This document shows positions 12,660 through 25,625 of a stretch of DNA of 64,000 nucleotides, in pieces. The notes beneath the pieces were generated by a model. That model had not been told where the DNA came from and ran no database searches. It saw only the letters and a list, made by a program, of their open reading frames with translations. Both the position numbers and the translations under genes were made by a program. Origin of the DNA: Octopus sinensis (lineage: Eukaryota); assembly GCF_006345805.1 (NCBI RefSeq), contig NC_043000.1, positions 18,166,001-18,230,000 of the forward strand. The letters are read 5' to 3'. The first letter of the stretch is position 1; every line of letters begins with the position of its first letter.

Positions 12660-12900
12660 TAAGAGGGCCAGTGGCCATGACATTTCAGGCTGCGGAAATT
12701 GAAGTTCAGTTTTAACATTTCTAATTTGTGGATCAATGATTTTAGGAAAAACACGGGCAAAGAAAGAGGGAGGATTCCAGATGGTTGCACTCCAGAGTAA
12801 AAAAGAGAGGGGGAAGTGCTTGGTACAAATCTTGGAACTGTGACTCAGTGAGAACACGATGGGAGAAGGAAAGCTAATTAGGCTAGGTGGCCCTCGATGG
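12660..12900 (-). mobile_element. CR1/Jockey-like LINE 3' remnant
   Basis: SATIWNPPSFFARVFPKIIDPQ resembles the T..LWN.LP..VFP motif. Confidence 0.45.
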
Positions 12901-13099
12901 AGAGGGTATGCAAGTCACTGAAGTAGTGATAAAAGAAATGAAAGGAAACAGCAGTCACCAGCACATTCAGTGGCCAAGTGTGCTGATGATTGCTTTTCAA
13001 TCAATGATCTAATTAATCACATGATAGCAGAGCCCCGAGAACCCTCAAAAACATCAAATGGTGCCATCACATTTCCAACAAAGAATTTCATGTGTGCAT

Positions 13100-13665
13100 G
13101 CATTAGCCTGCAGCCTTCTCACCTCATACCTATCTGCCGCATGCACTGGTATGGACATGTCTTCTGCCTCCCACCAGATCATCCTACAAGAGCTTTACTC
13201 TCATTCGACACAGCAACTGCAGGCTGGAAGAGGCTCTATGGTAGGCTCCATACCAGATAGCTGGATGTGATTAACCCCTTTGTTACTAACCCGACTGAAA
13301 CCGGCTCTGGCTCTGTAGTACAAATGTCTTGTTTTCATAAGTTTTGAATTAAAATCTTCCACCAATCCTTAGTCACAATTTATGTTCGTAACACCAGCTT
13401 AATGATAACTAAGTTATTTTACTAAATTCTTTGTTATATTTAAAGTAATTGATAGAAATACAGAACATCTCAAAATAAATACAGTAATGAAAGGGTTAAG
13501 CAAGATCTCCAAAGGCTTGATGTCATCTTAGAGGATGCAGAGAGACTGGTATGGGACCACCAGCGATGGGGAGCACTGGTGGACCTGGTTGGCCCCACAC
13601 ACACAATGATGCCTCTGGGACCATCAACCAGGGCTGACCCCAGTCCCATCAAGCAAGAACCATGA
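13100..13665 (+). mobile_element. RTE-like LINE 3' fragment split by a MITE
   Basis: RMHWYGHVFCLPPDHPTR...LDVI|KQDLQRL...WGALV reads through once the MITE is removed. Confidence 0.75.
13275..13495. mobile_element. piggyBac-like MITE family 1 inserted in a LINE fragment
   Basis: TTAA TSD at 13271 and 13496. Confidence 0.85.
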
Positions 13666-14522
13666 AGCAAGCAAATAAGCAATTACAACATTGGACCAAT
13701 GGGTATTACAGTCCGATAGATGATGAGCAAATGAGGGCTCCTCTACATGCTTGCTCTGGTCAACTTGCTGAAATAGCAGACAAATCTTTCTCACATCTAG
13801 GCTTAAAAAAGGGGAAGAATACATTGGATAATGTAATCCCTGATATAAAGAAAACAGTTAGGATGGTCATGCCTGAAATGTCTTTTAGTCTGTTCAATCA
13901 GGGCTGACCTGTGGTTTAACAACAATAACAGCTGAATAAATGAATGTCTACACATCCTTCAGCTAATTAAGAAGAACTGGACAGTGAAAGCTATAATAAA
14001 GGCTAAGAGTAGTGTGTCTTGTCTAAGGGCTCAGCACCTGGTAGCAGTGTTAACTCATCATTTGATGAACGAGTTATTCAAACGTTCTTAAGTTACAGAG
14101 AAATGAAAGAAATGAAGAGAGAAGGGAGAGAGGGAGAGAGTGAGTGAGTGAGTTAGAATGGAGAAAAGATAAAGAAAAATGGCCAAAAGCGACAAAGATA
14201 AGGGTTAGGTTTTGAGTAGAAGTATAGTTCTGGGTGGGTGAGTGTTTGTTTTGTATGAGATGGGGAGGTTCTGGACGTGTGAGGTGGGGACTCTAGACAG
14301 GAAGAAAAATGCAGGGAGTGGTTCTGGGTAAGAGGTGGTTTGGGAATGGGGCAAGGAGGTGCTTGCTAAGTGGAGCATTTCTCCATGGGGAAGAGGGGAC
14401 ATCCTGCAGATGTTGAATAGCTAGCAGAGATTATGAAATGCGATAGGGATAAAGATAAATGATGATGATGATGGTGTAAATATGTTAAATATGTAGACAT
14501 ACATGATTTTGCTTAACCCAAA

Positions 14523-14566
<44 letters not shown>

Positions 14567-14989
14567 TATGTATGTGTGTGTATATATGTATGTATATATG
14601 CTTGCTTCATATATGTGAACATATGTATGATACATACATTCATGTATATATATACACACATAAACACAACATATGCTGCACTGATTCTGGAGGCGGAGGC
14701 AGAAGAAGGGACTGAGAAGAAGCCTCATCCAGCTCAGTGCATGAAAACAGTGATAAAGAGGAGATGAACCAGAGAGGGGGAGAGAGGTAGAGAGAAAAAG
14801 AGTTGGAAGGGAGAGCGAGGGGGAGAAAGAAAAAAAGAGAGAGAACGGAAGTAGGAAGTGAGTTATTAATATTGGTACCATATCGCATAGAGGAAGTCAC
14901 TTATTAATTAATATTGGTGCCGTAAGCAAATTAAATGGCAGTCATACAAAGATCATAGAAAGTTAAGAAACTTAATATCGATAACTAAC

Positions 14990-15148
14990 CTTCGTGTGAA
15001 ATGAACCTACAATGTTAATATTCCTATCGTATACGTAAGCCCGTATCATTGTGGTGCCGATATCCAAAGCCAGGACGTAGACTTCTTCTCCAGACACATC
15101 CAGCTTCTCAAACAAATTTGCGATATTCTCTTTCTTGGTGTCCTCCAT
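14990..15148 (-). CDS. GK5: Glycerol kinase 5, coding exon 1 (MEDTKK...VYVLALDIGTTMIRAYVYDRNINIVGSFHTK)
   Basis: 53 codons from ATG. FGGY phosphate-1 motif LALDIGTT. Donor AAG|gttagt. A tttag|AG acceptor lies 2 nt upstream of the ATG (exon would start at 15150). Splices in frame to the next five exons. Confidence 0.92.
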
Positions 15149-15412
15149 CTCTAAAAGTATAAATACAAAAATAATAATAATAATAACAATGATGATAATA
15201 ATAACAATAATAATAATTATTATTATTCCTTTATTAACCACAAAGGGTTTACATTAAGAAAAACATTGTGGACAGTACAGAATAAATAAATAATATGGTT
15301 CCGGGTTCAGTCCCACTGCGTGGCACCTTGGTCAAGTGTCTTCTGCTATAGCCCCGGGCCGACCAATGCCTTGTGAGTGGATTTGGTAGACGGAAACTGA
15401 AAGAAGCCTGTC

Positions 15413-15449
<37 letters not shown>

Positions 15450-15746
15450 ATATATGTGTGTATGTGTTTGTGTGTCTGTGTTTGTCTCCCTAGCATTGCT
15501 TGACAACCGATGCTGGTGTGTTTACGTCCCCGTCACTTAGCGGTTCAGCAAAAGAGACTGATAGAATAAGGCGGTGCTCCAGCATGGCTGCAGTGAAATG
15601 GCTGAAACAAGTAAAAGAGTAAAGAGAATAATAAAACAGTATTACCAGGGACAGTTAGAATACTTAGGAGCATTCTTGGTATCTAAAATTACTTGTAGCC
15701 TGATGTTAGGAATTTTTCTTTTCCAACACTTCAGCCTGTTGTATAC

Positions 15747-16131
15747 TCTTTCTCTTTTACTTGTTTCAGTCATTTGACTGCGGCCATGCTGGAGCACCGC
15801 CTCTAGTCGAGCAAATCGACCCCGGGACTTATTCTTTGTAAGCCCAGTACTTATTCTATCGGTCTCTTTTGCCGAACCGCTAAGTGACGGGGACGTAAAC
15901 ACACCAGCATCGGTTGTCAAGCAATGCTAGGGGGACAAACACAGACACACAAACACACACATATATACGACAGGCTTCTTTCAGTTTCCGTCTACCAAAT
16001 CCACTCACAAGGCATTGGTCGGCCCGGGGCTATAGCAGAAGACACTTGCTCAAGATGCCACGCAGTGGGACTGAACCCGGAACCATGTGGTTGGTTAGCA
16101 AGCTACTTACCACACAGCCACTCCTGCACCT
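15747..16131 (-). mobile_element. tRNA-derived SINE family A
   Basis: Head aggcgcaggagtggctgtgtggtaag...ggttcagtccc. Other copies approx.: 2712-2945, 9672-9858, 15295-15630, 20362-20770, 21249-21638, 22114-22207, 28265-28600, 37960-38385, 41515-41835, 42145-42680 (split by a family B copy), 62397-63030 (tandem). Confidence 0.9.
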
Positions 16132-16602
16132 ATGTATATGAAATAATAATAATTTTTAATACAGTCTCAAGGAAGCCACACATTTTGTGCGAGAGTGTCA
16201 TTGATGAGATCAACATCAGTACTAGACAGTTTTTAAAAAAAATTTTATATTGTTAATCCTACAAGGACAAAAGAACATTTCAGCCTGGTAGGATTCAAAC
16301 TCAGAATTATTGAGGTTCTGCCAATTTGGCCAATAATTAAAGTTTGCAATTTAGGCTCAGGACTAGCAATTTGGATGGATGGGTTAGTCAACAGCATAAA
16401 AACCAGTACTTGCTTTGTATTTTATTTTATTGACTTGGGATGAAGGTCAACATTGATTCCAATAAGATTTGAACTCAGAGTATAAAGAAGTGGAAGGAAT
16501 AAAGGAGTATTGCAAGGCATTTTTTTCTAATGGTTCTAATGATTCTGTCTGTCACCTTCAGAGAGGCAGATGGAGAATGCTGAAGTGCAATACACATAGA
16601 AT

Positions 16603-16941
16603 GGTGACCCCCTTCGGTCAGACACTGACCATGGGTTTGCACCTAGAGAGTTACCCCCTGAGGCACAAGTCCGGGCAAGGTTGTTTTATGGAAGACCAGC
16701 AGTCGCCCATGCATACCGGCCTCCCCTCTCCACGTCACCGATGTTGTCCAAGGGAAAGGCAAAGGCTGATACAGCTTGGCACCTGTGACGTCGCAACTCA
16801 TTTCTACAGCTGGGTGAACTGGAGCAACGTGAAATAAAGTGTCTTGCTCAAGAACACAACATGCAGCCCGGTCCGGGATTCAAGCTCACAACCTCACAAT
16901 CGTAAGCTCGACGCTCTAACCACTGAGCCACGCGCCTTCAC
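16603..16941 (-). mobile_element. tRNA-derived SINE family D, inverted copy
   Basis: Highly similar to 10403-10735 over its whole length. Confidence 0.9.
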
Positions 16942-17631
16942 AAAGAATAGTGGCAGAATATTATAGAAACTAAGAGAAGACAAAAGAGAAAAATAGAAAT
17001 TGTGTTTATGAATAATTTTTATTTGTTTCTGTTTTTCATTTTATTTAAGTTCAAACAGGATTCCTGTCACTTGCAGACAAACCAAGGAACTCTACACAAT
17101 CCTGATTGCACTTAGTTCCAATGCCAAGTGATCCTCCCCACCCAGTTTCTGGCTGCAACCTCCAATTGCATATTCAGAGATGGCCTACTTAACCAAATCA
17201 TAACCACTTCACTTGTCCCTTTTTTTTTAGCAAATAAACTGAAGGGTAGCACTTTCCTGTCCATTCTCATTATCCTCTTCAAAAAGTACTTGAGAAATGC
17301 TGAGGAGAGCATGGCCAGAGAGGAAACTGTATCTAGTTACAGCAAATATCTTCACCGCACTATCTCTTTCATTACACCACGAGGCAGAGGAAAACTGCTT
17401 TCCCTTCCTAGCCAAAGGTAGGTGGTAAGGTAATTTTAACAATGGACTTAGCTGGCAGTTGATGGAATGATAGAATCAATGGACTGGATGCAATAACAGC
17501 TGTTCAACATAACTCCAAAACTTAGCAATGTTTAGACATGAGATGGGGGGGGGGTGAAGAACAATTTTGTGATTCATCACACATTTTGAACAGGTTCAGC
17601 TGAAGGTATGGAAGGATAGACAGACTAACAA

Positions 17632-17901
17632 ATGGAGAGAGGGGGGAGAAAGGAGAAAGAGAGAGAGAAAGAGAGAGAGAGGGAGAGAGGGAGAGAGAGA
17701 GAAGAGAGGGAGAGAAAGGAGAGAGAGGGAGAGAAAGAGAGAGAGAGGGAGAGAAAGAGAGAGAGAGGGGGAGAGAAAGAGAGAGAGGGGGGAGAAAGAG
17801 AGAGAGGGAGAGAAAGAGAGAGAGAGAAAGAGAGAAGGAGAGAGAGAGAAGGAGAGAGAGAGAAGGAAGAGAAGAGAGAGAAGAGAGAAAGAGAGAAGAG
17901 A

Positions 17902-17962
<61 letters not shown>
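17632..17962. repeat. GA-rich low-complexity tract
   Basis: Seen directly. Confidence 0.95.
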
Positions 17963-18701
17963 TTTAACAACAGCCTGAGCTGGATTAGAACTCTAAGTGG
18001 GGAATTCACAAAAAAAAACAAAAGATGAAAACAGGTGGTGTTGACAACAAACAGATGTATTAGTTTAATGCCTGGGAAGTGAAGAAGTCTTTAACGTTTC
18101 TTCCACAGAAAAGAACACAGAAAGAGACAAGGAGAGAAAATGAAGAATGTGTAGTGGCTAGCAATTACTTACATCCACCACCATCACAACTATTATCACA
18201 ATAATATTTCTCGAAAAGTCTACTAAGTTACATTAATAAAGTAATTTAGTAGCTATTTCTTTATTACCCACAAGGGGCTAAACATAGCGGGGACAAACAG
18301 GGACAGACATAGGTATTAAGTCGATTACATCGACCCCAGTGCGTAACTGGTACTTAATTTATCGACCCTGAAAGGATGAAAGGCAAAGTCGACCTCGGCG
18401 GAATTTGAACTCACAACGTAACGCAGACGTTGTGAGTTCAAATTCCACCGAGGTCGACTTTGCCTTTCATCCTTTGGGGGTCGATAAATTAAGTACCAGT
18501 TACGCACTGGGTCGATGTAATCGACTTAATACCTATGTCTGTCCTTGTTTGTCCCCTAGCACACACTATGTTGTCCATTCTCTTCCCATTGTTGGTATAC
18601 ACTTTGTTTTTATAGATAAGTTACTTTAAGTTCTATGGAAAGATAACGAAGAGGTAGAAACGGTATAAGAACTAAACTAAATGCCTTGTGCTTTGTAGTT
18701 A

Positions 18702-19094
18702 TCTTTATATATAAAAGTAAGGTTGTGTGTCTATCTACTCCGATTTAGATTCCTAACTACTCCCACATTTTGCGGTGCAGTTTAACTAAAACCGGGTATC
18801 TTATAGTCGTGATTCATATCGAGCCCTTCTGGGTATTAGCGCGCGTCTACGATGAGTCTACGATTTTAAAAGTAATTTACCATCATTTTTTCCATTTTAA
18901 TGCATATTTTTTAAATATAAGGGAAGTAACTCTCTAAAAATGTTTACGATGAGTCAACGATTTAAAAAAAAATTTACCATCATATTTTTTCCATTTTTAA
19001 TGCATTTTTTTGCTGTTTTTTGGCTATAACTCTCTAAAAATGTTTTATAGTTATTTCCCTTACAAACCCGAGCAACGCCGGGCGATACTGCTAG
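18702..19094 (+). mobile_element. Non-autonomous Helitron
   Basis: A|TCTTTATATATAAAAG 5' end, internal ~97-bp duplicated unit, hairpin cccgagcaacgccggg, then CTAG|T. Confidence 0.75.
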
Positions 19095-21443
19095 TTATAA
19101 ATACATCAGTTATTTACATTTTGCGTTCAAATCTCACCAAGGAAAACTGTCCTTTATTCCAGTCACACTTTGGGAAGAAGATAGTTACACTTGATGAAGT
19201 AAGTACTAGTAATATAATAGTCTCAAATTTTGGTGCAAAGCCAGCAACTTCAGGGGAGGGGGTAAGTCAATTTCATTGACCCAGTGTTCAGCTGGTACTT
19301 ATTCTATCAACCTCGAAAGGATGAAAAATAAAGCCAACCTTGGCAGGATTTGAACCCAGTATATAAAGACGGATGAAATGCCGCTAAGCATTTTGCCTGG
19401 CGTGCTAACAGTTCTGCCAGCTCACCACCTTAATATTAATAGTAATATATTTCAAATTTTTGCCACAAGGGCAGCTTGGGGGAGGTGGGGATGAGTCGAT
19501 TACATCAACCCCAGTATGCAACTGGTACTTATTTAATCAACCTTGAAAGGATGAAAAATAAAATCAACCTTGGTGGGATTTGAACTCAGAATGTAAAGGC
19601 AGATGAAATGCTGCTAAGCATTTTGCCTGGCATGGTAACATTTCTGCCAGTTTGCCGCCTTAATATAATAATTCAATGTATGTGAAGGCGCAATGGCCCA
19701 GTGGTTAGGGTAGCAGACTTGCAGTCGGAGAACCACGGTTTCGATTCCCAGACCGGGCATTGTGTGTGTTTATTGAGCGAAAACACCTAAAAGCTCCACG
19801 AGGCTCCCGCAGGGGGTGATGGCGGCCCCTGTTGTCCTCTTTCCCTCATTCTCTCTTCCTGTTTCCTAAGTAACGCTGCGATGGACTGGCGTCCTGTCCA
19901 GCTGGGGGGAACACATATGACACAGAAACCAGGCCCATGAGCCTGGCTAAGCTTGAAAAGGGCAACGTTTATAATTTTTTATTAATTCAATGTATTAGAA
20001 TAATAGGGTCTTTGCATGAAATAAGTGTTTGTGAGTTAAATATGTTTAGATCCTGATCAATGCAGATGAAGAAAACATAGTCAAAAGCATCCATCTATGA
20101 TCACTTCAGCATTTTTTCAAACTTGTTCCTTATTTTCAAGTTAGCAGTGCAGCATATGAAAGAGATTTGACTGCTGTTTCTAGCAGTATGAGTGACCATG
20201 AAGGGTCTCCCAAGTTGGCTAACCCATGCACATTGCACCTTACACAGCCAACATGGAAGACTCTACATTGGTCACATACTTGAGCTGCTAGAAACAGCAG
20301 GCAGGTGTATGGTTAAGTTGTGACATTGATTTTCTTCCAAGATACATTAATGGCTCTATTCTTTTACTCTTTTATTCTTTTGCTTGTTTCAGTCATTTGC
20401 CTGCGGCCATGCTGGAGTACCACCATCTTGAGGGGTTTTAGTCGAGCAAATCGACCCCAGGACTTATTTTTAAGTCCTCGTACTTATTCTATCAGTCTCT
20501 TTACTGAACTGCTAAGTTATGGGGATGTAAACACACCAACACTGGTTGTCAAACGGCAATGAGGATGGGGGGGGTCATAAACACAGACACACGTAGATAT
20601 ATACATATATACAATGAGCTTCTTTCAGTTTCCATCTACCAAATCCACTCAGAAGGCTTTGGTTGGTCCAAGGCTATAGCAGAAGACACTTGCCAAGGTG
20701 CCATGCAGTGGGACTGAACCTGGAACCATGTAGTTGGGAAGCAAGCTTCTTACACACAGCCATGCCAGTTATGTTATATATTTATATAATTGAATGTGTG
20801 TGTGTGTACATTGCACATCATACTTTTTGCATAGCAAGGTGAGTGTATGAAAATCCATACATGTGTGCATGTGTGCTTATAAGTGTATACGTGGTAGTGT
20901 GTGTATGAGAGAGAGAGAGAAATAAATAAAGGGGGATACACTTTCAGAAATATCACATTTGAATAAAATTCATTTGTTTTTGTTTGAGGAAAGTTCAGAG
21001 TTTGGTTTAGGTCCTTGGAATGTATCAGGTATTACATCCATACATTACTACAAACATCCTTATACCACCCTACGTACAACCCTTTCACAAAACCATACAT
21101 ACACCCGTCTTCCTCCATCCACACAGCCTTACTTCCTCACTCACTCATACACATTCTTATGTATATACATGCCTGTGTGTTCCTGTAATATATATTTCCA
21201 CATCCACATTTGTGTATGTATAACTTTTTTTTATTGTATGTATGTATATACTCTTTTACTTGTTTCAGTCATTTGACCTTGGCCATGCTGGAGCACCGCG
21301 TTTAGTCGGGCAAATCGACCCTGGGAATTATTCTTTGTAAGCCCAGTACTTATTCTATCGGTCTCTTTTGCCGAACCGCTAAGTGACGGGGACGTAAACA
21401 CACCAGCATCGGTTGTCAAGCAATGCTAGGGGAACAAACACAG

Positions 21444-21474
<31 letters not shown>

Positions 21475-22309
21475 CGACAGGCTTCTTTCAGTTTCCGTCT
21501 ACCAAATCCACTCACAATGCTTTGATCGGCCCGAGGCTATAGCAGAAGACACTTGCCCAAGGTGCCACGCAGTGGGACTGAACCCGGAACCATGTAGTTC
21601 GTAAGCAAGCTACTTACCACACAGCCACGCCTACGCCTATATACATGCATGTTTGTATGCGCATGCATGTACATGTGTATATGTGATATTTGCACGTGAC
21701 TGAATTTTTGCGGACGCATTTGTAGAATTTTCTCATGCCCTACACCTCACTATTAACACAAGAATCGGTACATGTAAGTGCGTGTGTGTGCGTGTATGCC
21801 TGCTAAATACTTACATGTAGGGATGCTAATATATTTATGTGTATACATGTATGTATATATATATATATACTTATGTATAGGTGTATATAACTTTTGTTAA
21901 ACTCTACACTACACTTCCTTCCTTTTAATGAAGTTATGAACAATAGTAGTGGTGGTAATGATAATAGTTGTAGCGGTAGTAATAGCAGGAGTAGTAGTAG
22001 TACAGAGAAGGAAAAAGAGAAGCCTAAAGGTTCTATATCCTAATTTGTTCTAAATACAAAATATAAATTGTGCATGTGTATGTATGTTTATGTAAGGATG
22101 TATGCGCAATTACCAGGCTTACAAAGAATAAGTCCTGGGGTTGATTTGTTCGACTAAAGGCGGTGCCCCAGCATGGCCGCAGTCAAAGGACCGAAACAAA
22201 TAAAAGATCAAAGAAAGATATGAATATTATCATGTATTATATAACCAGATGTGTGTGTTAATGCTAGTATGTACGCATGTATGAATATTACATATGACCA
22301 GATGTGTAT

Positions 22310-22920
<611 letters not shown>

Positions 22921-24419
22921 CAGAAAAGTGGGGAAGGTGTGAAGAAAGAAACGGGTAGCTAACAGAAAGGGTAAGAGAGAAACGTAGTTAAAATGATAGG
23001 GGTGTGTAAGTAATGGAACCTACAATATATTGATATAATAAATATATGCTTTTGGGATGGTAAGAATGAGAAAGGATAGACAGTAACCGCTGACTGAAGA
23101 GAGAGAGAGATACACATATACACAAATGCTGCTGGAAAGAGGGTAGACCCACCACCCCACTGTGACAGATGACCAAATGTATTTCAAATGCAGAAGCCCC
23201 AATATATCAAATGACAAATTGACAAGACAAAAAAAAATGTTATAATTTCAGCTGTTGTTACTTGATTGGCAAATGACTTGATCTGAGAATGTGTGTTGGA
23301 AGCAAAGCAATTACATCATGATAGACAGAATGACCAGGCCAGACATACGACAAAAAGACTTTGATATTTAACAGTATGTTACGCTTAAGAGCAAGCAATA
23401 CTGTTACAAAATTAAAACAAACAAATGTGACTATAACGGTATATGTGAGGCTTTTAAATTAGCTTCTCATGATTCTACCACGATGGAATTGTTACAATGT
23501 TTATTACGTTTTGTATGGGGTTTTTTTTTTTGTCGTATATCTTATGTCGTTTTGTTTGTTATTTAATATATTAAACATACTTGAGATAAATATAGGAAAA
23601 GGAGTAAAGAAATAGATAAATATAGGAAAAGGAAAGAGAAAGTAGAGAGTTGGTGCAGTGATGATAGAGAGAAGGGTGTACATGTGCTCCAAACATTGCC
23701 CGCCCCCATTCCCCGCCAAACGAAAAATAGGAAGGTTGAAAAAGTACAAAAAAACAAAACAAAAACAAAGAGCATGAGGGGCAATTAAATGCAGGAAGGT
23801 GAAGAAAATATAATGGGGAGAAAGAGTGAGAAAGAATAAAAGACACAAATGACAACATGAGCAGACGATACACAGTATCACATGTCGAAATGAAAAGAGC
23901 AGCCGACAGACATATCACATGGCCAACAAGATAAGAGAAGAGAAGAGAAACAATGTTGGTTTGTTTAACTCATGTTTTGCCATATGTTATTATGAAGTTA
24001 TATATGTATTAGACATATGTAAGAAAATATTGGGAAAGAAATAGAAAATAATGTTGATTTACTGGAGAGAGAAGAGAAAGGAAATGAATAGTGATTCATA
24101 AATCTAGTGTGTGTGTGTGTGTGTGTGTGTGAGGGGGAGAGAGAGAGAGAGAAGGAGAGTATGTTGTGTATATATCTGATCATTTTACATCCATTTACCA
24201 TGCTGGCATGGGCTGGACAGGTGTCACATTGGAACTACTGTCTTAGAGGACTATATATGATGTATGGGGGAGTGAAAGGTTTTATGTATGTGTGTATGTA
24301 TGTGCATGCATGTATATGTATGTGTTTATGTAAGTTGGATGTATGTATGTATGTATGTATGAGTCATCTTCGTAGTCATAAAACGAAACAGATGAGTGAC
24401 AACCTGGCCACTTGGTGGT

Positions 24420-24682
24420 GGTGCAACACACCATACTAATCATATCTGTCAGGTAAGTGGAAGAGAGTGTAATTCGGTAGGAGGACTTAAACGACATGCA
24501 AAGGTACATGAAGCCCAGTTACAACTACAGCCGGCTATTACCGGTAGAGGTTTTAGTTGCCAATTTTGTACAAGACATTGTAGACCTTTAGCTGGGCTAA
24601 AAAGTCACATTCAATCACAGCACCAATAACAGTTAAGCTTCGTGCAATGGCCATACTCGATAACAAGGGGGGCAGCCATAAT
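24420..24682 (+). mobile_element. RTE LINE 3' end with two C2H2-like fingers
   Basis: CQVSGREC..LKRH..H and CQFCTRHC..LKSH..H, followed by an RTE-type 3' UTR (gccatactcg...gggcagccata). Confidence 0.7.
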
Positions 24683-24999
24683 GTATGTATGTATGTATGT
24701 ATGTGTGTTCATGCGTGTATAGTTATGTGTATTTGTGTATATAAGTTGGATGTGTGTAATGTATTCATGCATTCATTCTTGTAAATATGCATTCATGTAT
24801 GTAAGTATATATGTGTGTATATAGATATTAACTACATGAATATGATTGTGTAAACTTACCAATATATAAGCATGCATGTGAATTTATTTGTATATGCACA
24901 CACACACACACACACACACGTATATATTTGTGGTAACATGCATTCATATTTAAATACGTACAAGTGTAAGCACATACACATTCATATATAAATGTATCC

Positions 25000-25450
25000 C
25001 AAAGACCAGCCTTCCCCCTCAGGATTACGAAATACTTCTGTTTCCAGCAATTGCTAATTCTCTACAAAGCTCAAGTGAGACCTATAACAGAATACTGTTT
25101 CAACACATCTGACAGTACTGTTTCTATCCCCACGGTCATTTTAGGCCAGATCCGAAGGAAAGTCACTTGACCGATTGGCATGAAATCACTGATCAACACA
25201 CCTCAGCCTCTGGGCTACAAACATGGGGTCTTTTCATTCTGCTTTTACCTCTGTTATTAGAAAGGTTTATTTCTCAGGTTGGTCTTGTGCTGCCTCTACC
25301 CATGCCTATCCAATTCATTGTTTTTATCACCCTACTTTCCTCATGCATTACCCACTATACTCAGGCAACTCTCTGGAATTCCTACCTTGCCAATGTTTTT
25401 TTCCTAAAACTACTCAAAGAACATTCACCGTATTAATCGCACAAGCTTTG
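25000..25450 (+). mobile_element. CR1/Jockey-like LINE 3' fragment, frameshifted
   Basis: LLILYKAQVRPITEYC and TQATLWNS motifs. Confidence 0.7.
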
Positions 25451-25462
25451 GAAAAGCTACAA

Positions 25463-25625
25463 AGCCATGGCCTCCGGACCAGCCATGGCCTCCGGACCAG
25501 CCATGGCCTCCGGACCAGCCATGGCCTCCGGACCAGCCATGGCCTCCGGACCAGCCATGGCCTCTGGACCATCCATGGCCTCCGGACCAGCCATGGCCTC
25601 CGGACCAGCCATGGCCTCCGGACCA
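25463..25625. repeat. 18-bp minisatellite, ~9 copies
   Basis: Unit agccatggcctccggacc; one unit carries two substitutions. Confidence 0.95.

Noticed and set aside
17128-17421. 97-aa plus-strand ORF ending at AG|gtaggt
   Set aside because: No recognisable homology, and an upstream acceptor gives stops in all frames. Possibly an old LINE remnant, but unsupported.
17596-18021. (SL)n and (ER)n ORFs here and at other GA/TA/CA tracts
   Set aside because: Microsatellite translations.
19161-19200. Possible plus-strand 36-bp microexon (SHFGKKIVTLDE|gtaagt)
   Set aside because: Isolated, with no partner exons on that strand. Expected by chance in 64 kb.
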